A stretch of 42,497 nt of DNA from Minisyncoccia bacterium (GCA_049971465.1 JBMFLB010000001.1:1-42497), one strand, 5' to 3'. Shown: positions 1 through 11,976, counted from the stretch's first letter. Numbers and translations are program-made. The notes: generated by a model from the sequence alone, not told the origin.

Positions 1-1
1 A

Positions 2-82
2 TTGGCTCAATTGGTATTTTTATTCAGTATGCCAATAAAACAATTTTTATTTGTCTTAAATGAAAAATCAAAAAGGTCGTAA
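2..82 (+). CDS. rplJ: 3' end of ribosomal protein L10 gene (5'-partial, runs off left edge)
   Basis: Frame 2 reads LAQLVFLFSMPIKQFLFVLNEKSKRS and stops at TAA 80-82. It lies directly upstream of rplL, as in the conserved rplJ-rplL pair. Too short to be certain. Confidence 0.4.
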   Translation: MAQLVFLFSMPIKQFLFVLNEKSKRS

Positions 83-103
83 TTGATAAATATAGAAATT
101 AAA

Positions 104-472
104 ATGGAGGAAAAATTTAAAGATATTATAGAAAAAATAGAAAAATTAACTGTAGTTGAATTAGCGGAATTAGTAAAAGTTTTAGAACAAAAATTTGGCG
201 TTTCTGCCGCAGCAGCAGTGGCAGTAAGTAGCAATAATGGTGGAGCTCAAACTGAAGAAAAATCATCTTATAATTTAATATTAAAATCAAGCGGTGATCA
301 AAAAATAAATGTTATAAAATTAGTAAAAGAAATAACTGGGTTGGGCTTACAGGAATCAAAAGCATTAGTTGATGGAGCGCCAAAAACAGTAAAAGAAGGA
401 TTAAAAAAGGAAGATGCTGAAGATTTAAAGAAAAGATTTGAAGCAATTGGGGCAGTTGTAGAATTGCAATAA
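104..472 (+). CDS. rplL: 50S ribosomal protein L7/L12
   Basis: [33 protein letters not shown], an Ala-rich hinge, then [21 protein letters not shown]...AIGAVVELQ. The ATG at 104 fits homolog length better than the TTG at 83. Confidence 0.9.
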   Translation: MEEKFKDIIEKIEKLTVVELAELVKVLEQKFGVSAAAAVAVSSNNGGAQTEEKSSYNLILKSSGDQKINVIKLVKEITGLGLQESKALVDGAPKTVKEGLKKEDAEDLKKRFEAIGAVVELQ

Positions 473-487
473 AGATATATTTTTAGA

Positions 488-514
488 AACAACACCACCG
501 GTGTTGTTTTTTTA
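488..514 (+). terminator. Rho-independent terminator after rplL
   Basis: AACAACACC (488-496) pairs with GGTGTTGTT (500-508), followed by a T-run. Confidence 0.6.
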
Positions 515-527
515 TTTAATGAGTTTT

Positions 528-533
528 TATAAT
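528..533 (+). promoter_or_regulatory. -10 box TATAAT 6 nt upstream of the tRNA-Val 5' end
   Basis: TATAAT at 528-533, spacer TAAAAA, mature tRNA nucleotide 1 at 540. Confidence 0.4.
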
Positions 534-539
534 TAAAAA

Positions 540-611
540 GGGCTCGTAGCTCAGGGGCAGAGCGACCCGTTCACATCGGGTAGGTCATAGGTTCAAATCC
601 TATCGAGCCCA
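540..611 (+). tRNA. tRNA-Val (anticodon CAC)
   Basis: Manual cloverleaf: acceptor GGGCTCG/CGAGCCC, D stem GCTC/GAGC, anticodon stem ACCCG/CGGGT with loop TTCACAT, T arm ATAGG-TTCAAAT-CCTAT, discriminator A. No encoded CCA. Confidence 0.9.
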
Positions 612-619
612 CTTTTATA

Positions 620-1813
620 ATGGATAAAATACAAAAAATAATGAAAAACAAAAAATATATTTTTATTTTTTTAATCCTAATTATTTTATTAATATTTGGC
701 TATAAATTTTTTATAAAAAATAAACCAACAACAAGTAATAATTTAAAAACAGAAACTAAAAATATATTAAACTATGTTATTAAACCCGGTGATACATTTT
801 TAACTATCGCTCAACATTTTGGTTTAACTAATGTTGAAATTCAAAATATTCTTAATCGTTCTAAAAAAATTTTTGATTTTTCTAAGATACAAATTGGTAA
901 TTTAATAAAATTTACTTTTACTAATAATGTTTTAGCAGCAATTGAATATTTTACCAATGATGATAAAAAAATTATTATTGAACCAAATAATAATTTTAAT
1001 GTTTATACAACGCCAGTAGACTATACAATTAAATTAAAAACAGTAAAAGTTATATTACATAATTCTTTATTTCAAGATTCAATAGCACAGGGATTAAGTC
1101 CAAAGATAATTATGAATATTACTGATATTTTAGGTTGGGATATAGATTTTGCTACGGACATTAGAGATAATGATAATTTTACAGTAATATATCAAGAAAA
1201 ATATTATGATAATAAGTTAATGGGTGATGGTAAAATTATAGCACTTCGTTTTTCTAATCAAAACAAAAATTATTGGGCATTTTATTTTAATTATAATAAT
1301 ACCGATGGTTATTTTGATTTAGATGGTCATAATATTGCTAAACAATTTTTAAAATCACCATTACAATATTCTTATATTAGTTCTGGTTTTAGTTATAATC
1401 GTTTAAATCCAATTACAAAAGAATATGGTCCTCATCGAGCAGTTGATTATGCTGCTCCTTATGGAACTCCAGTACATGCTACGGCAGACGGTGTAATATT
1501 AATTGCTGGTTGGCATGGTACAGCTGGAATTTTTGTAGAAATAAAACATGCTAATGGATTTATTACTGGTTATGCTCATTTATCAAAAATTCCAGCTGGT
1601 ATAAAAGTTGGTTCCAAAGTAAAACAAGGTCAACTTATTGGTTATGTTGGCGCAACCGGAGAAGCAACTGGTCCTCATTTACATTATCAAGTATTACACA
1701 ATGGCAATTATATTAATCCTTTGATTTATAAATTTCCTAATGGCAATTCAATTCCAAAGGAATATATTTTAAATTTTCAAAACACAATAGAACAATATAA
1801 AAATAATTTATAA
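620..1813 (+). CDS. Membrane-anchored M23 family metallopeptidase with LysM-like domain (MepM/YebA-like)
   Basis: N-terminal TM segment. LysM-like YVIKPGDTFLTIAQHFGLTNVEIQNIL. M23 motifs HRAVDYAAPYGTPV and GATGEATGPHLHYQV. Confidence 0.85.
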   Translation: MDKIQKIMKNKKYIFIFLILIILLIFGYKFFIKNKPTTSNNLKTETKNILNYVIKPGDTFLTIAQHFGLTNVEIQNILNRSKKIFDFSKIQIGNLIKFTFTNNVLAAIEYFTNDDKKIIIEPNNNFNVYTTPVDYTIKLKTVKVILHNSLFQDSIAQGLSPKIIMNITDILGWDIDFATDIRDNDNFTVIYQEKYYDNKLMGDGKIIALRFSNQNKNYWAFYFNYNNTDGYFDLDGHNIAKQFLKSPLQYSYISSGFSYNRLNPITKEYGPHRAVDYAAPYGTPVHATADGVILIAGWHGTAGIFVEIKHANGFITGYAHLSKIPAGIKVGSKVKQGQLIGYVGATGEATGPHLHYQVLHNGNYINPLIYKFPNGNSIPKEYILNFQNTIEQYKNNL

Positions 1814-1914
1814 TTTTTTTCTTGTGTATAATTTGTTGATAAACTTATAGTCATTTTTTATTTTATTATGAAAAAACATAGATTTTTTTGTTGTGATACT
1901 TTTTATTTTATTTT

Positions 1915-1942
1915 TTGACAATATTATGTGTAGTGGTATACT
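1915..1942 (+). promoter_or_regulatory. Sigma70-type promoter of the mraZ (dcw) operon
   Basis: TTGACA (1915-1920), 16-nt spacer, TGgTATACT extended -10 (hexamer 1937-1942), 76 nt upstream of the mraZ ATG. Confidence 0.55.
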
Positions 1943-2003
1943 CAATAATGTAAGTGGTGAATTGTGGATAAAAGTGTGGATAAGTAAGGCAATCTGTGGA
2001 TAA
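1933..2003 (+). promoter_or_regulatory. Direct-repeat array of GTGG boxes, candidate MraZ operator
   Basis: GTGG starts at 1933, 1954, 1964, 1976 and 1996. The last three are identical GTGGATAA octamers. Spacings are 21, 10, 12 and 20 nt. The array lies between the -10 box and the mraZ start. Confidence 0.5.
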
Positions 2004-2018
2004 TTTTAAAACATAAAT

Positions 2019-2450
2019 ATGCTATTAGGAGAATATAAACATAATTTAGATTTAAAAGGTCGAATAGCTATTCCAGCTAAATTTAGAAATCATATTGAAG
2101 CTGGGGCTATTATTACTAGAGGATTGGATAAGTGTTTGTTTGTTTTTAATTTATCTGATTGGAATGTATTAGTAGAAAAAATTATGAAATTGCCATTGGT
2201 GCAGGCAAACTCCAGGGCATTTACTAGATTGATGTTAGCTGGCGCATCAGATGTAAAATTAGATATTCAAGGAAGAATTTTAATTCCTGATTATTTAAGA
2301 CAATATGCTGATTTAAAAAAACAGGTTGTTATCACTGGATTATATAATCGTATTGAAGTTTGGGATTTGGATGTTTGGAAAAATTATAAAGCAAAAACTG
2401 AATCTGCTTCGGATGAAATAGCAGAAAAATTAAGCGAGTTAGGAATTTGA
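2019..2450 (+). CDS. mraZ: Transcriptional regulator MraZ
   Basis: MLLGEYKHNLDLKGRIAIPAKFR and a second DxxGR repeat (KLDIQGRILIP). First gene of the dcw cluster. Confidence 0.95.
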   Translation: MLLGEYKHNLDLKGRIAIPAKFRNHIEAGAIITRGLDKCLFVFNLSDWNVLVEKIMKLPLVQANSRAFTRLMLAGASDVKLDIQGRILIPDYLRQYADLKKQVVITGLYNRIEVWDLDVWKNYKAKTESASDEIAEKLSELGI

Positions 2451-2451
2451 T

Positions 2452-3339
2452 ATGCATCTACCAGTTCTTTTAAAAGAAACAATTGATTTACTAAATCCGC
2501 AACCTTATTCATTTATTATTGATGGTACTGTAGATGGTGGTGGTCATTTAAGAGAAATTATTCAAAGAATGGATGGCAGAGGAAAAATTTTAGCAGTTGA
2601 TTGGGATAAAAATTTATTGCAAAAAACACGGCAAAAAATAGAGGATGAAAATTTATTATTAGGTAAAAATATTCAAATTCTTTGGCTAAATGATAATTTT
2701 AAAAATTTGCCAGTAGTAATTCGAAATTTAAAAATTGGTTTAACTGATGGTTTGTTATTAGATCTTGGTATGTCTAATGAGCAATTAAATGAATCAGGAC
2801 GAGGATTTAGTTTTTTAAAAGATGAACCCTTGTTAATGACTTATTCTGATGATGAAAAGCCAGTTTATCAATGGTTAAGAGAATTAAGTTATGATAAATT
2901 AACAAAAATTATTAAAGAATTTGGTGAGGAAAAATATGCTGCAAAAATTGCAAAAGCAATTAAAGCGGCAAAAAAAATTAAAACAAGTAAACAACTTGCT
3001 GATGTGGTAAGTAATGTAATAAAAAAGCGTGGAAGAATTCATCCGGCTACGAGAACTTTTCAGGCGTTAAGAATTTTTGCAAATCATGAATTAGAAAATC
3101 TTGAAAGTATTTTAGATAACATTGATTTAATTGTGAAACCAAATGGTCGAGTAGTAATTTTAACTTTTCATTCGCTTGAAGATCGTATTGTGAAAAATAA
3201 ATTTAAAGAATTAATAAAACAAAATAAAGCAATTTTATTAACAAAAAAAATTATTACTCCATCATTTAAAGAAATTAAAAATAATCCTAATAGTAGGTCG
3301 GCAAAATTAAGAGCAATACAATTATATGACTATAATTAG
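2452..3339 (+). CDS. rsmH: 16S rRNA (cytosine1402-N4)-methyltransferase RsmH
   Basis: HLPVLLKETIDLL, DGTVDGGGH, DLGMSNEQL, RTFQALRIFANHELENL, FHSLEDRIVK. Confidence 0.95.
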   Translation: MHLPVLLKETIDLLNPQPYSFIIDGTVDGGGHLREIIQRMDGRGKILAVDWDKNLLQKTRQKIEDENLLLGKNIQILWLNDNFKNLPVVIRNLKIGLTDGLLLDLGMSNEQLNESGRGFSFLKDEPLLMTYSDDEKPVYQWLRELSYDKLTKIIKEFGEEKYAAKIAKAIKAAKKIKTSKQLADVVSNVIKKRGRIHPATRTFQALRIFANHELENLESILDNIDLIVKPNGRVVILTFHSLEDRIVKNKFKELIKQNKAILLTKKIITPSFKEIKNNPNSRSAKLRAIQLYDYN

Positions 3340-3613
3340 ACCATCAAAACAAAAAAATTTATCATATTTTATTTTATTTTTATTTTTTATTTTAGTTGGC
3401 GGAGGTATTTTTATTTTTCAATATAATAACTATATAAACTTTAAACATGAGTTACAAAATATAAATGATCAAATTCAAAAATTAAGTTTACAAAATGCTG
3501 ATTTTAAAAATCAATTATATAAAATTACTGATGTAAATAATTTAAAACAAGCAGCAATTAATGTTGGTTTAATTTTAGAAAATAATCCTGAATATTTAAA
3601 GTTACAAGGTTAA
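3326..3613 (+). CDS. ftsL: FtsL-like small bitopic division protein
   Basis: 95 aa with a single TM followed by a coiled-coil-like segment. Position between rsmH and ftsI. No strong sequence motif. Confidence 0.5.
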   Translation: MTIIRPSKQKNLSYFILFLFFILVGGGIFIFQYNNYINFKHELQNINDQIQKLSLQNADFKNQLYKITDVNNLKQAAINVGLILENNPEYLKLQG

Positions 3614-3614
3614 A

Positions 3615-5186
3615 ATGCACAAAATTTCCTTTTTAATTGTATGTTTTATATTTATTTTTATTATTGCGGCATTTAATTTATATAATTTGCAAATTGCCAA
3701 AAATTTTTATTATGTACAAAAAGCAGTTGCCCAAAATACAGTTAATAATTCATTAACAGAAAGAGGTGATATTTTTTTAACTGATAAAAATAATACTCAA
3801 ATTTTAGTTGCAACCAATAGAAGTTTTCCTATTATTTATGCCGTGCCGCAACAAATAAATAATGTTGATGATGTTTTAAACAAATTAAGTCCAATTTTAA
3901 ATAATACCTCATCATTATTTAATGCATTATCTAATAAACAAAGCATGTTTCGTTTGTTAATTGATAAAGCAACAGATGATCAAATAAATTTTATTCAAAA
4001 AGAAAATATACCAGGAGTATATATTACTGATACAATACATCGTTATTATCCATTTGGTACATTAGCTTCTAATGTTGTTGGTTTTGTTGGGGTAAATAAA
4101 TTAAATGTTAATCCAACTGGTCTTTATGGTATTGAAAAATACTATAATTCATTTTTAGATGATGGCAATAATATTCAATTAACTATTGATAGTGTTTTAC
4201 AGAACGAATCAGAATCATTATTACAATCATTAGTGACAAAATTTTCTGCTAGCGGTGGTTCAATTATAATTGAAGATCCAATCAGTGGAAAAATATTAGC
4301 TTTGGCTAATATGCCAAATTTTGATCCTAATAATTATTCTCAATATCCAGTTTCTAATTTTATAAATAGTGCAGTGCAATATGTTTATGAACCTGGTTCA
4401 GTAATGAAAACTTTTACTATGGCTGCTGGTTTTGATTTGAATTTATTAACTCCAACCACAACTTATATTGATACTGGTAAAGTTGTGGTTAGCGGAAAAG
4501 TGATAAATAATTGGGATTTAAAAGCACATGGAAAAATAAATATGTATGATGTAATAGCAAATTCACTAAATGTTGGCGCGGTATTTGCTGAATCACAAAT
4601 TGGTAATAAAAATTTTTTAGATTATTTACAAAAATTTGGTTTTGATAAAAAAACTGGCATTGATTTGCCAGATGAAGTTTCTGGTAATTTAAATTCTTTA
4701 CTTGGTCATAATCCACCTCAAGTAAATTTTGCTACAGCATCATTTGGCCAGGGGATTAGCGTTACACCATTAGAGTTAATTAATGCTTATAGTGCTATTG
4801 CTAATGGTGGTATATTACTAAGACCTTATGTCAATAAAGTTTTATCACCTCAAATTATTGGTAGAGTAATTGCACCAAAAGCAGCGCAAGAAGTTATTTC
4901 ATTATTAGAAAATGCAGTTAATACTGCTGGGGTTGCTGCTATACCTCATTATCGTATTGCTGGGAAAAGCGGCACTGCCCAAATACCAGATTTAGAAAGC
5001 AAAGGATACAGCAGTAGTACAATTCATACTTTTGTTGGTTTTGGTCCAGTAAGCAATCCAAGATTTGTGGCATTAATTAAATTAGATAAACCAAACCAAT
5101 CATTGGCTGGTTTTACAGTTGTTCCTGCTTTTAAAGAATTAGCACAGTTTATTATAAATTATTACAATCTTCCTCCTGATAAATAA
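3615..5186 (+). CDS. ftsI: Class B penicillin-binding protein / peptidoglycan D,D-transpeptidase
   Basis: N-terminal TM. SxxK (GSVMK), SxN (NSLN) and KSGT (GKSGTA) motifs. dcw context. Confidence 0.85.
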   Translation: MHKISFLIVCFIFIFIIAAFNLYNLQIAKNFYYVQKAVAQNTVNNSLTERGDIFLTDKNNTQILVATNRSFPIIYAVPQQINNVDDVLNKLSPILNNTSSLFNALSNKQSMFRLLIDKATDDQINFIQKENIPGVYITDTIHRYYPFGTLASNVVGFVGVNKLNVNPTGLYGIEKYYNSFLDDGNNIQLTIDSVLQNESESLLQSLVTKFSASGGSIIIEDPISGKILALANMPNFDPNNYSQYPVSNFINSAVQYVYEPGSVMKTFTMAAGFDLNLLTPTTTYIDTGKVVVSGKVINNWDLKAHGKINMYDVIANSLNVGAVFAESQIGNKNFLDYLQKFGFDKKTGIDLPDEVSGNLNSLLGHNPPQVNFATASFGQGISVTPLELINAYSAIANGGILLRPYVNKVLSPQIIGRVIAPKAAQEVISLLENAVNTAGVAAIPHYRIAGKSGTAQIPDLESKGYSSSTIHTFVGFGPVSNPRFVALIKLDKPNQSLAGFTVVPAFKELAQFIINYYNLPPDK

Positions 5187-5188
5187 TA

Positions 5189-6508
5189 ATGGAGCAAAAA
5201 ATAAAAAATATTGTTTTTAAAATATTTGCTTTTTTAGCAAAATTAACAGTTAAAAAATATAAGCCATTTGTTATTGGTGTTACTGGAGTTGTTGGTAAAA
5301 CTTCAACTAAACTTGCTATTTATCAAGTATTGAGCGCTAAATATAATGTTCGTGCTTCTCCTAAAAGTTTTAATAATGAAATAGGAATTTCTTTAGCAAT
5401 TTTAAGCAAATATGATGAAAGCAATGGATTATTTTTTTGGTTAAAATTGTTTGGTAAATCTATTGTTCAATTGTTAATAAAATTTAAATCGTTCCCAAAA
5501 TTTTTAGTTTTAGAATATGGCGTTGATCGCCCCAAAGATATGGATAAATTATTACCTATTGTTAAACCAAATATTAGTGTGTTTACAGCATTAAGTGATA
5601 TACCATCTCATATTGAATTTTTTCCAACAGTTGAATCATTGGCTAGAGAAAAATTTAAGTTGTTAAATACATTATCTCCTACTCAATTTGCTATCATTAA
5701 CGGCGATGATCATTTAATTTTAAATTTTAAAAATCAAATTAGAGCCAATGTTTTAACTTATGGTTTTCATAAAAATAACAATATTCAAATTATTAATTTT
5801 GAAAATTTTATTAATCTAAATAAAAAGGAATATTATAGTACCTTTAAATTAAAATATAAAAATTATTTAGTTCCATTTAAAACAAAAGCATTAGGTAAAT
5901 CACAGGCTTATAATGTTGCCGCCGCAGCGGCAGTTGGTGTAATAATGGGATTAAATTTAGTTGATATAAGTGAAACAATGAATAATTATGAAACATTTTC
6001 AGGAAGATTTAAAATATTAGAAGGTATAAATGATTCAATATTAATTGATGATACTTATAATTCTTCACCATTATCATTAGAAGAAAGTTTAAATATTTTT
6101 AATGATATTCAAGCAAAAAGAAAAATTGTTGTTTTAGGCGATATGTTAGAATTGGGTCAATATACTTTTAAGGCTCATCAAAAAATTGCTAAAAAAATTG
6201 TCAGTGATAATCAAGTAACTATGTTAATAACAGTTGGTTTAAGAGCGCAAATTATTACCTCGCAAGCAACAAAATATGGTTTTAATCCTAAACATAATTT
6301 TCATTTTACAACATTAGAAGAAGTAATTGAATTTTTAAAAGATAATATTCAAAAGGGTGATGTTATTTTATTTAAAGCTTCACAAGGAGTACGGTTAGAA
6401 AAGGTTCTTAAAATATTTTTAAAAAATAAAGAGGATTATATTTTGTTACCACGTCAAAATAAAAAATGGTTGAGCACTACTGGTTTGTATGATAATATAA
6501 AATTATAG
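5189..6508 (+). CDS. murF: UDP-MurNAc-tripeptide--D-alanyl-D-alanine ligase (MurF-like Mur ligase)
   Basis: P-loop GVTGVVGKTSTK followed by KSFNNEIGISLAIL (MurF-type NNxIG motif). DDTYNSSP. dcw context. Confidence 0.8.
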   Translation: MEQKIKNIVFKIFAFLAKLTVKKYKPFVIGVTGVVGKTSTKLAIYQVLSAKYNVRASPKSFNNEIGISLAILSKYDESNGLFFWLKLFGKSIVQLLIKFKSFPKFLVLEYGVDRPKDMDKLLPIVKPNISVFTALSDIPSHIEFFPTVESLAREKFKLLNTLSPTQFAIINGDDHLILNFKNQIRANVLTYGFHKNNNIQIINFENFINLNKKEYYSTFKLKYKNYLVPFKTKALGKSQAYNVAAAAAVGVIMGLNLVDISETMNNYETFSGRFKILEGINDSILIDDTYNSSPLSLEESLNIFNDIQAKRKIVVLGDMLELGQYTFKAHQKIAKKIVSDNQVTMLITVGLRAQIITSQATKYGFNPKHNFHFTTLEEVIEFLKDNIQKGDVILFKASQGVRLEKVLKIFLKNKEDYILLPRQNKKWLSTTGLYDNIKL

Positions 6509-6580
6509 CCGTCATCGTCTAGTGGCCTAGGACATATGGTTCTCAGCCATAAAACTCGGGTTCAAATCCCGATGACGGCG
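6508..6580 (+). tRNA. tRNA-Glu (anticodon CTC)
   Basis: Manual cloverleaf: GCCGTCA/TGACGGC acceptor, GTCT-AGTGGCCTA-GGAC D arm, TATGG-TTCTCAG-CCATA anticodon arm, TCGGG-TTCAAAT-CCCGA T arm. Nucleotide 1 is the last base of the murF TAG stop. Confidence 0.9.
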
Positions 6581-6587
6581 CTAATTT

Positions 6588-6938
6588 ATGTTATTATTTA
6601 TAAAAAATTTTCAAAATAAACCATTTGTATTTAAATTATTGCACAGCATTATTTTTATTTTATTTTTTGTATCTTTATTAATTGTTATTTTAAATAAACA
6701 AAACATTATAATTTATTTACCAATAATTTATAATCATTACAACATTTTTCAAAATTTTAATACTATTATTTATTTTTTTATTATTGTTTTTATTTTTTTG
6801 AGCATTAATTTTGTTTTATCTAATATTTTATATTTAAATTTAAGATTGTTATCATTTTTTATTATATTTATTAGCATGCTTATTTCAGTTATTTTATTTT
6901 TATGTACAATTTGGCTTAATTTTATAAATTTTATATAG
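6588..6938 (+). CDS. Hypothetical multi-pass membrane protein
   Basis: 116-aa ORF, extremely hydrophobic (3-4 predicted TM stretches), no recognisable motif. Long stop-free frame in AT-rich DNA. Confidence 0.4.
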   Translation: MLLFIKNFQNKPFVFKLLHSIIFILFFVSLLIVILNKQNIIIYLPIIYNHYNIFQNFNTIIYFFIIVFIFLSINFVLSNILYLNLRLLSFFIIFISMLISVILFLCTIWLNFINFI

Positions 6939-6945
6939 TTATATT

Positions 6946-7977
6946 ATGGAATTAACAATAATACTAATTGTTTTTGGTTTTGCTATTTTATTAATTGCTT
7001 TTTTTATGTTTTATAAGAAAAACAATAATGTAAATATTTTATTGTTGCAAAAAGAAATTCAACAAATGCAACAAATTTTAAGCGATACATTAAAAAATAA
7101 TGAATTTACTTTACAAAGTCATTTTAGTGAAAGTTTAAAAATGTTTAAAGAAGTAAATGAAAAAGTAAATCAGCTTAATGAAACAAATAAACAAGTTATA
7201 AATTTTACTGAACAATTAAAAAACATTGAAGATATTTTAAAAAATCCAAAACAAAGAGGTGTTATTGGTGAATATTTTTTGGAACATCTTTTAAGTAATA
7301 TTTTGCCGCCCGATCTTTATCAAATGCAGTATAAGTTTAAAAATGGTGATATTGTTGATGCGGTTATTTTTATTGGTAAAAAACCTAATATGGTTATTTT
7401 ACCTATTGATTCTAAATTTTCTTTAGAAAATTATAATCGTATTGTTGATGTAAAAAATATTAATGAAAAAGAGGAATTAGAAAAATTATTTATTAATGAT
7501 TTAAAACAAAGAATAAAAGAAACAGCAAAATATGTAAGACCAGAAGAAGGAACAACTGATTATGCATTTATGTTTATTCCTCACGAGGCTATTTATTATG
7601 ATTTATTAATAAATAAAATTGGAGCAATTACTAAAGATACTGAAAGTTTAATTCAACAAGCAGCAAATAAGTATAAGGTGATTATTGTTTCCCCAACAAC
7701 TTTATTTGCTTATTTGCAAACTGTATTGCAATTGTTGCATGCAATAACAATTCAAGAATCAGCAAAAGAATTACAACAATCAGTGAGTAATTTACAAAAG
7801 CATTTATTAGATTATGAAGCGTATTTTATAAAACTTGGCAATAATTTAAAAACAACAGTAAATTCTTATAATGATGCTTCTAATATTTTTAAAAAAATAC
7901 CAAAAGATGTTTTTAAAATAACCAATGAATCAATGGATAGCGAAGTTATGCCAATTGAACATCCCGAAGAAAATTAA
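6946..7977 (+). CDS. rmuC: DNA recombination protein RmuC
   Basis: N-terminal TM and coiled coil. RGVIGEYFLEHLL..., DAVIFIG...LPIDSKFSLENY, FMFIPHEAIY. Confidence 0.85.
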   Translation: MELTIILIVFGFAILLIAFFMFYKKNNNVNILLLQKEIQQMQQILSDTLKNNEFTLQSHFSESLKMFKEVNEKVNQLNETNKQVINFTEQLKNIEDILKNPKQRGVIGEYFLEHLLSNILPPDLYQMQYKFKNGDIVDAVIFIGKKPNMVILPIDSKFSLENYNRIVDVKNINEKEELEKLFINDLKQRIKETAKYVRPEEGTTDYAFMFIPHEAIYYDLLINKIGAITKDTESLIQQAANKYKVIIVSPTTLFAYLQTVLQLLHAITIQESAKELQQSVSNLQKHLLDYEAYFIKLGNNLKTTVNSYNDASNIFKKIPKDVFKITNESMDSEVMPIEHPEEN

Positions 7978-8588
7978 TGGCTGCCTTTTTTTCCAATTTA
8001 GTAATTCAGACAATTAGTTTTTTAGGTTATGGCGGCATTTTTTTATTAATGGTTTTGGAAAGTGCAAATATTCCAATTCCATCAGAAATTATTATGTCAT
8101 TTGCTGGATTTTTAGTATTTCAAAATAAATTTAATTTTTTATTAGTTATTTTAATTGGAACAATTGGTAATGTTTTTGGTTCTTTGTTATCATATTGGTT
8201 TGCAGAATGGATTTTAAATTTAAGAAATAAATTTAAATTTTTGCATATTATTTTATCAACTAAACATTTACATAAAACAAATCAATGGTTTGAAAAATAT
8301 GGCATTTATTCTGTTTTTATAGGAAGAATAGTGCCAATTGTTAGAACTTTTATTTCTTTACCAGCAGGAATTGCAAAAATGAATATGGTTAAATTTATTT
8401 TTTTTACATTTTGTGGATCGTTTTTATGGTCTATGTTTTTAACTTATAGTGGTTTTATTTTAGGAGAAAATTGGGCAATGTTAAGTAAATATTTCCATTA
8501 TATTGATATTTATTTAATATTTATTGTAATAATTTTTATAATATTTTTGGTAAGAAAAAGTTATAATAAAAACTTGACAAATAAATAA
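7977..8588 (+). CDS. DedA family membrane protein
   Basis: GYGGIFLLMVLESANIPIPSEIIM...GRIVPIVRTFISLPAGIAKM, typical DedA/SNARE-associated signature. Confidence 0.85.
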   Translation: MAAFFSNLVIQTISFLGYGGIFLLMVLESANIPIPSEIIMSFAGFLVFQNKFNFLLVILIGTIGNVFGSLLSYWFAEWILNLRNKFKFLHIILSTKHLHKTNQWFEKYGIYSVFIGRIVPIVRTFISLPAGIAKMNMVKFIFFTFCGSFLWSMFLTYSGFILGENWAMLSKYFHYIDIYLIFIVIIFIIFLVRKSYNKNLTNK

Positions 8589-8642
8589 ATTCATTTATCA
8601 TAGATAATGACTATGGTAAGAGTAGCAATATCTTTATATAAA

Positions 8643-8697
8643 GGCGGATGAAAAATTCTAATAAGATTGTTTTATCCGCCTGTCTGGCGGATTTTTT
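8643..8697 (+). terminator. Terminator after dedA with an alternative upstream pairing partner
   Basis: GGCGGAT (8643-8649), ATCCGCC (8674-8680), GGCGGAT (8686-8692), then TTTTTT. Segment 2 can pair with segment 1 or 3. The 2:3 hairpin plus T-run is a classic intrinsic terminator. Confidence 0.5.
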
Positions 8698-8741
8698 GTT
8701 AAGAAAGAACATTAAAAATTTAAATTAGTGATTAATAAGCA

Positions 8742-11766
<3,025 letters not shown>

Positions 11767-11803
11767 TGCTTATTAATCACTAATTAATATTTATCTTCAA
11801 AAG

Positions 11804-11920
11804 TTTCCTGGTGATTAAGTTTGATGGGTAATACCCGATCCCATACCGAACTCGGAAGTAAAAACATCAAACGCCGATGATACTATCCTTTGAGGATGGG
11901 AAAGTAGGTTTTGCCAGGAT
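11804..11920 (+). rRNA. rrf: 5S ribosomal RNA
   Basis: TCCTGGTG...CCCATACCGAACTCGGAAGTAAAA...GCCGATGATACT...GGGAAAGTAGGT...GCCAGGA. Closing helix pairs both ends. 38 nt downstream of 23S. Confidence 0.9.
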
Positions 11921-11936
11921 ACTTTTGCAGATAAGC

Positions 11937-11960
11937 AAAGCGGCTTCAAGCCGTTTTTTT
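11937..11960 (+). terminator. Rho-independent terminator of the rRNA transcript
   Basis: CGGCT-TCA-AGCCG hairpin (11941-11953), extendable by A:T pairs, followed by T7. Confidence 0.6.
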
Positions 11961-11976
11961 ATTGTAATAATAAAGG

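Noticed and set aside
7-498. Antisense ORFs 7-234(-) and 298-498(-) opposite rplJ/rplL.
   Set aside because: They are the opposite strand of a confidently identified ribosomal protein gene, with low-complexity translations.
8700-8716. boxA-like antitermination element (TTCTTTCTTAACAA) upstream of the 23S.
   Set aside because: The resemblance to boxA exists only on the minus strand, which is the wrong orientation for the rRNA transcript.
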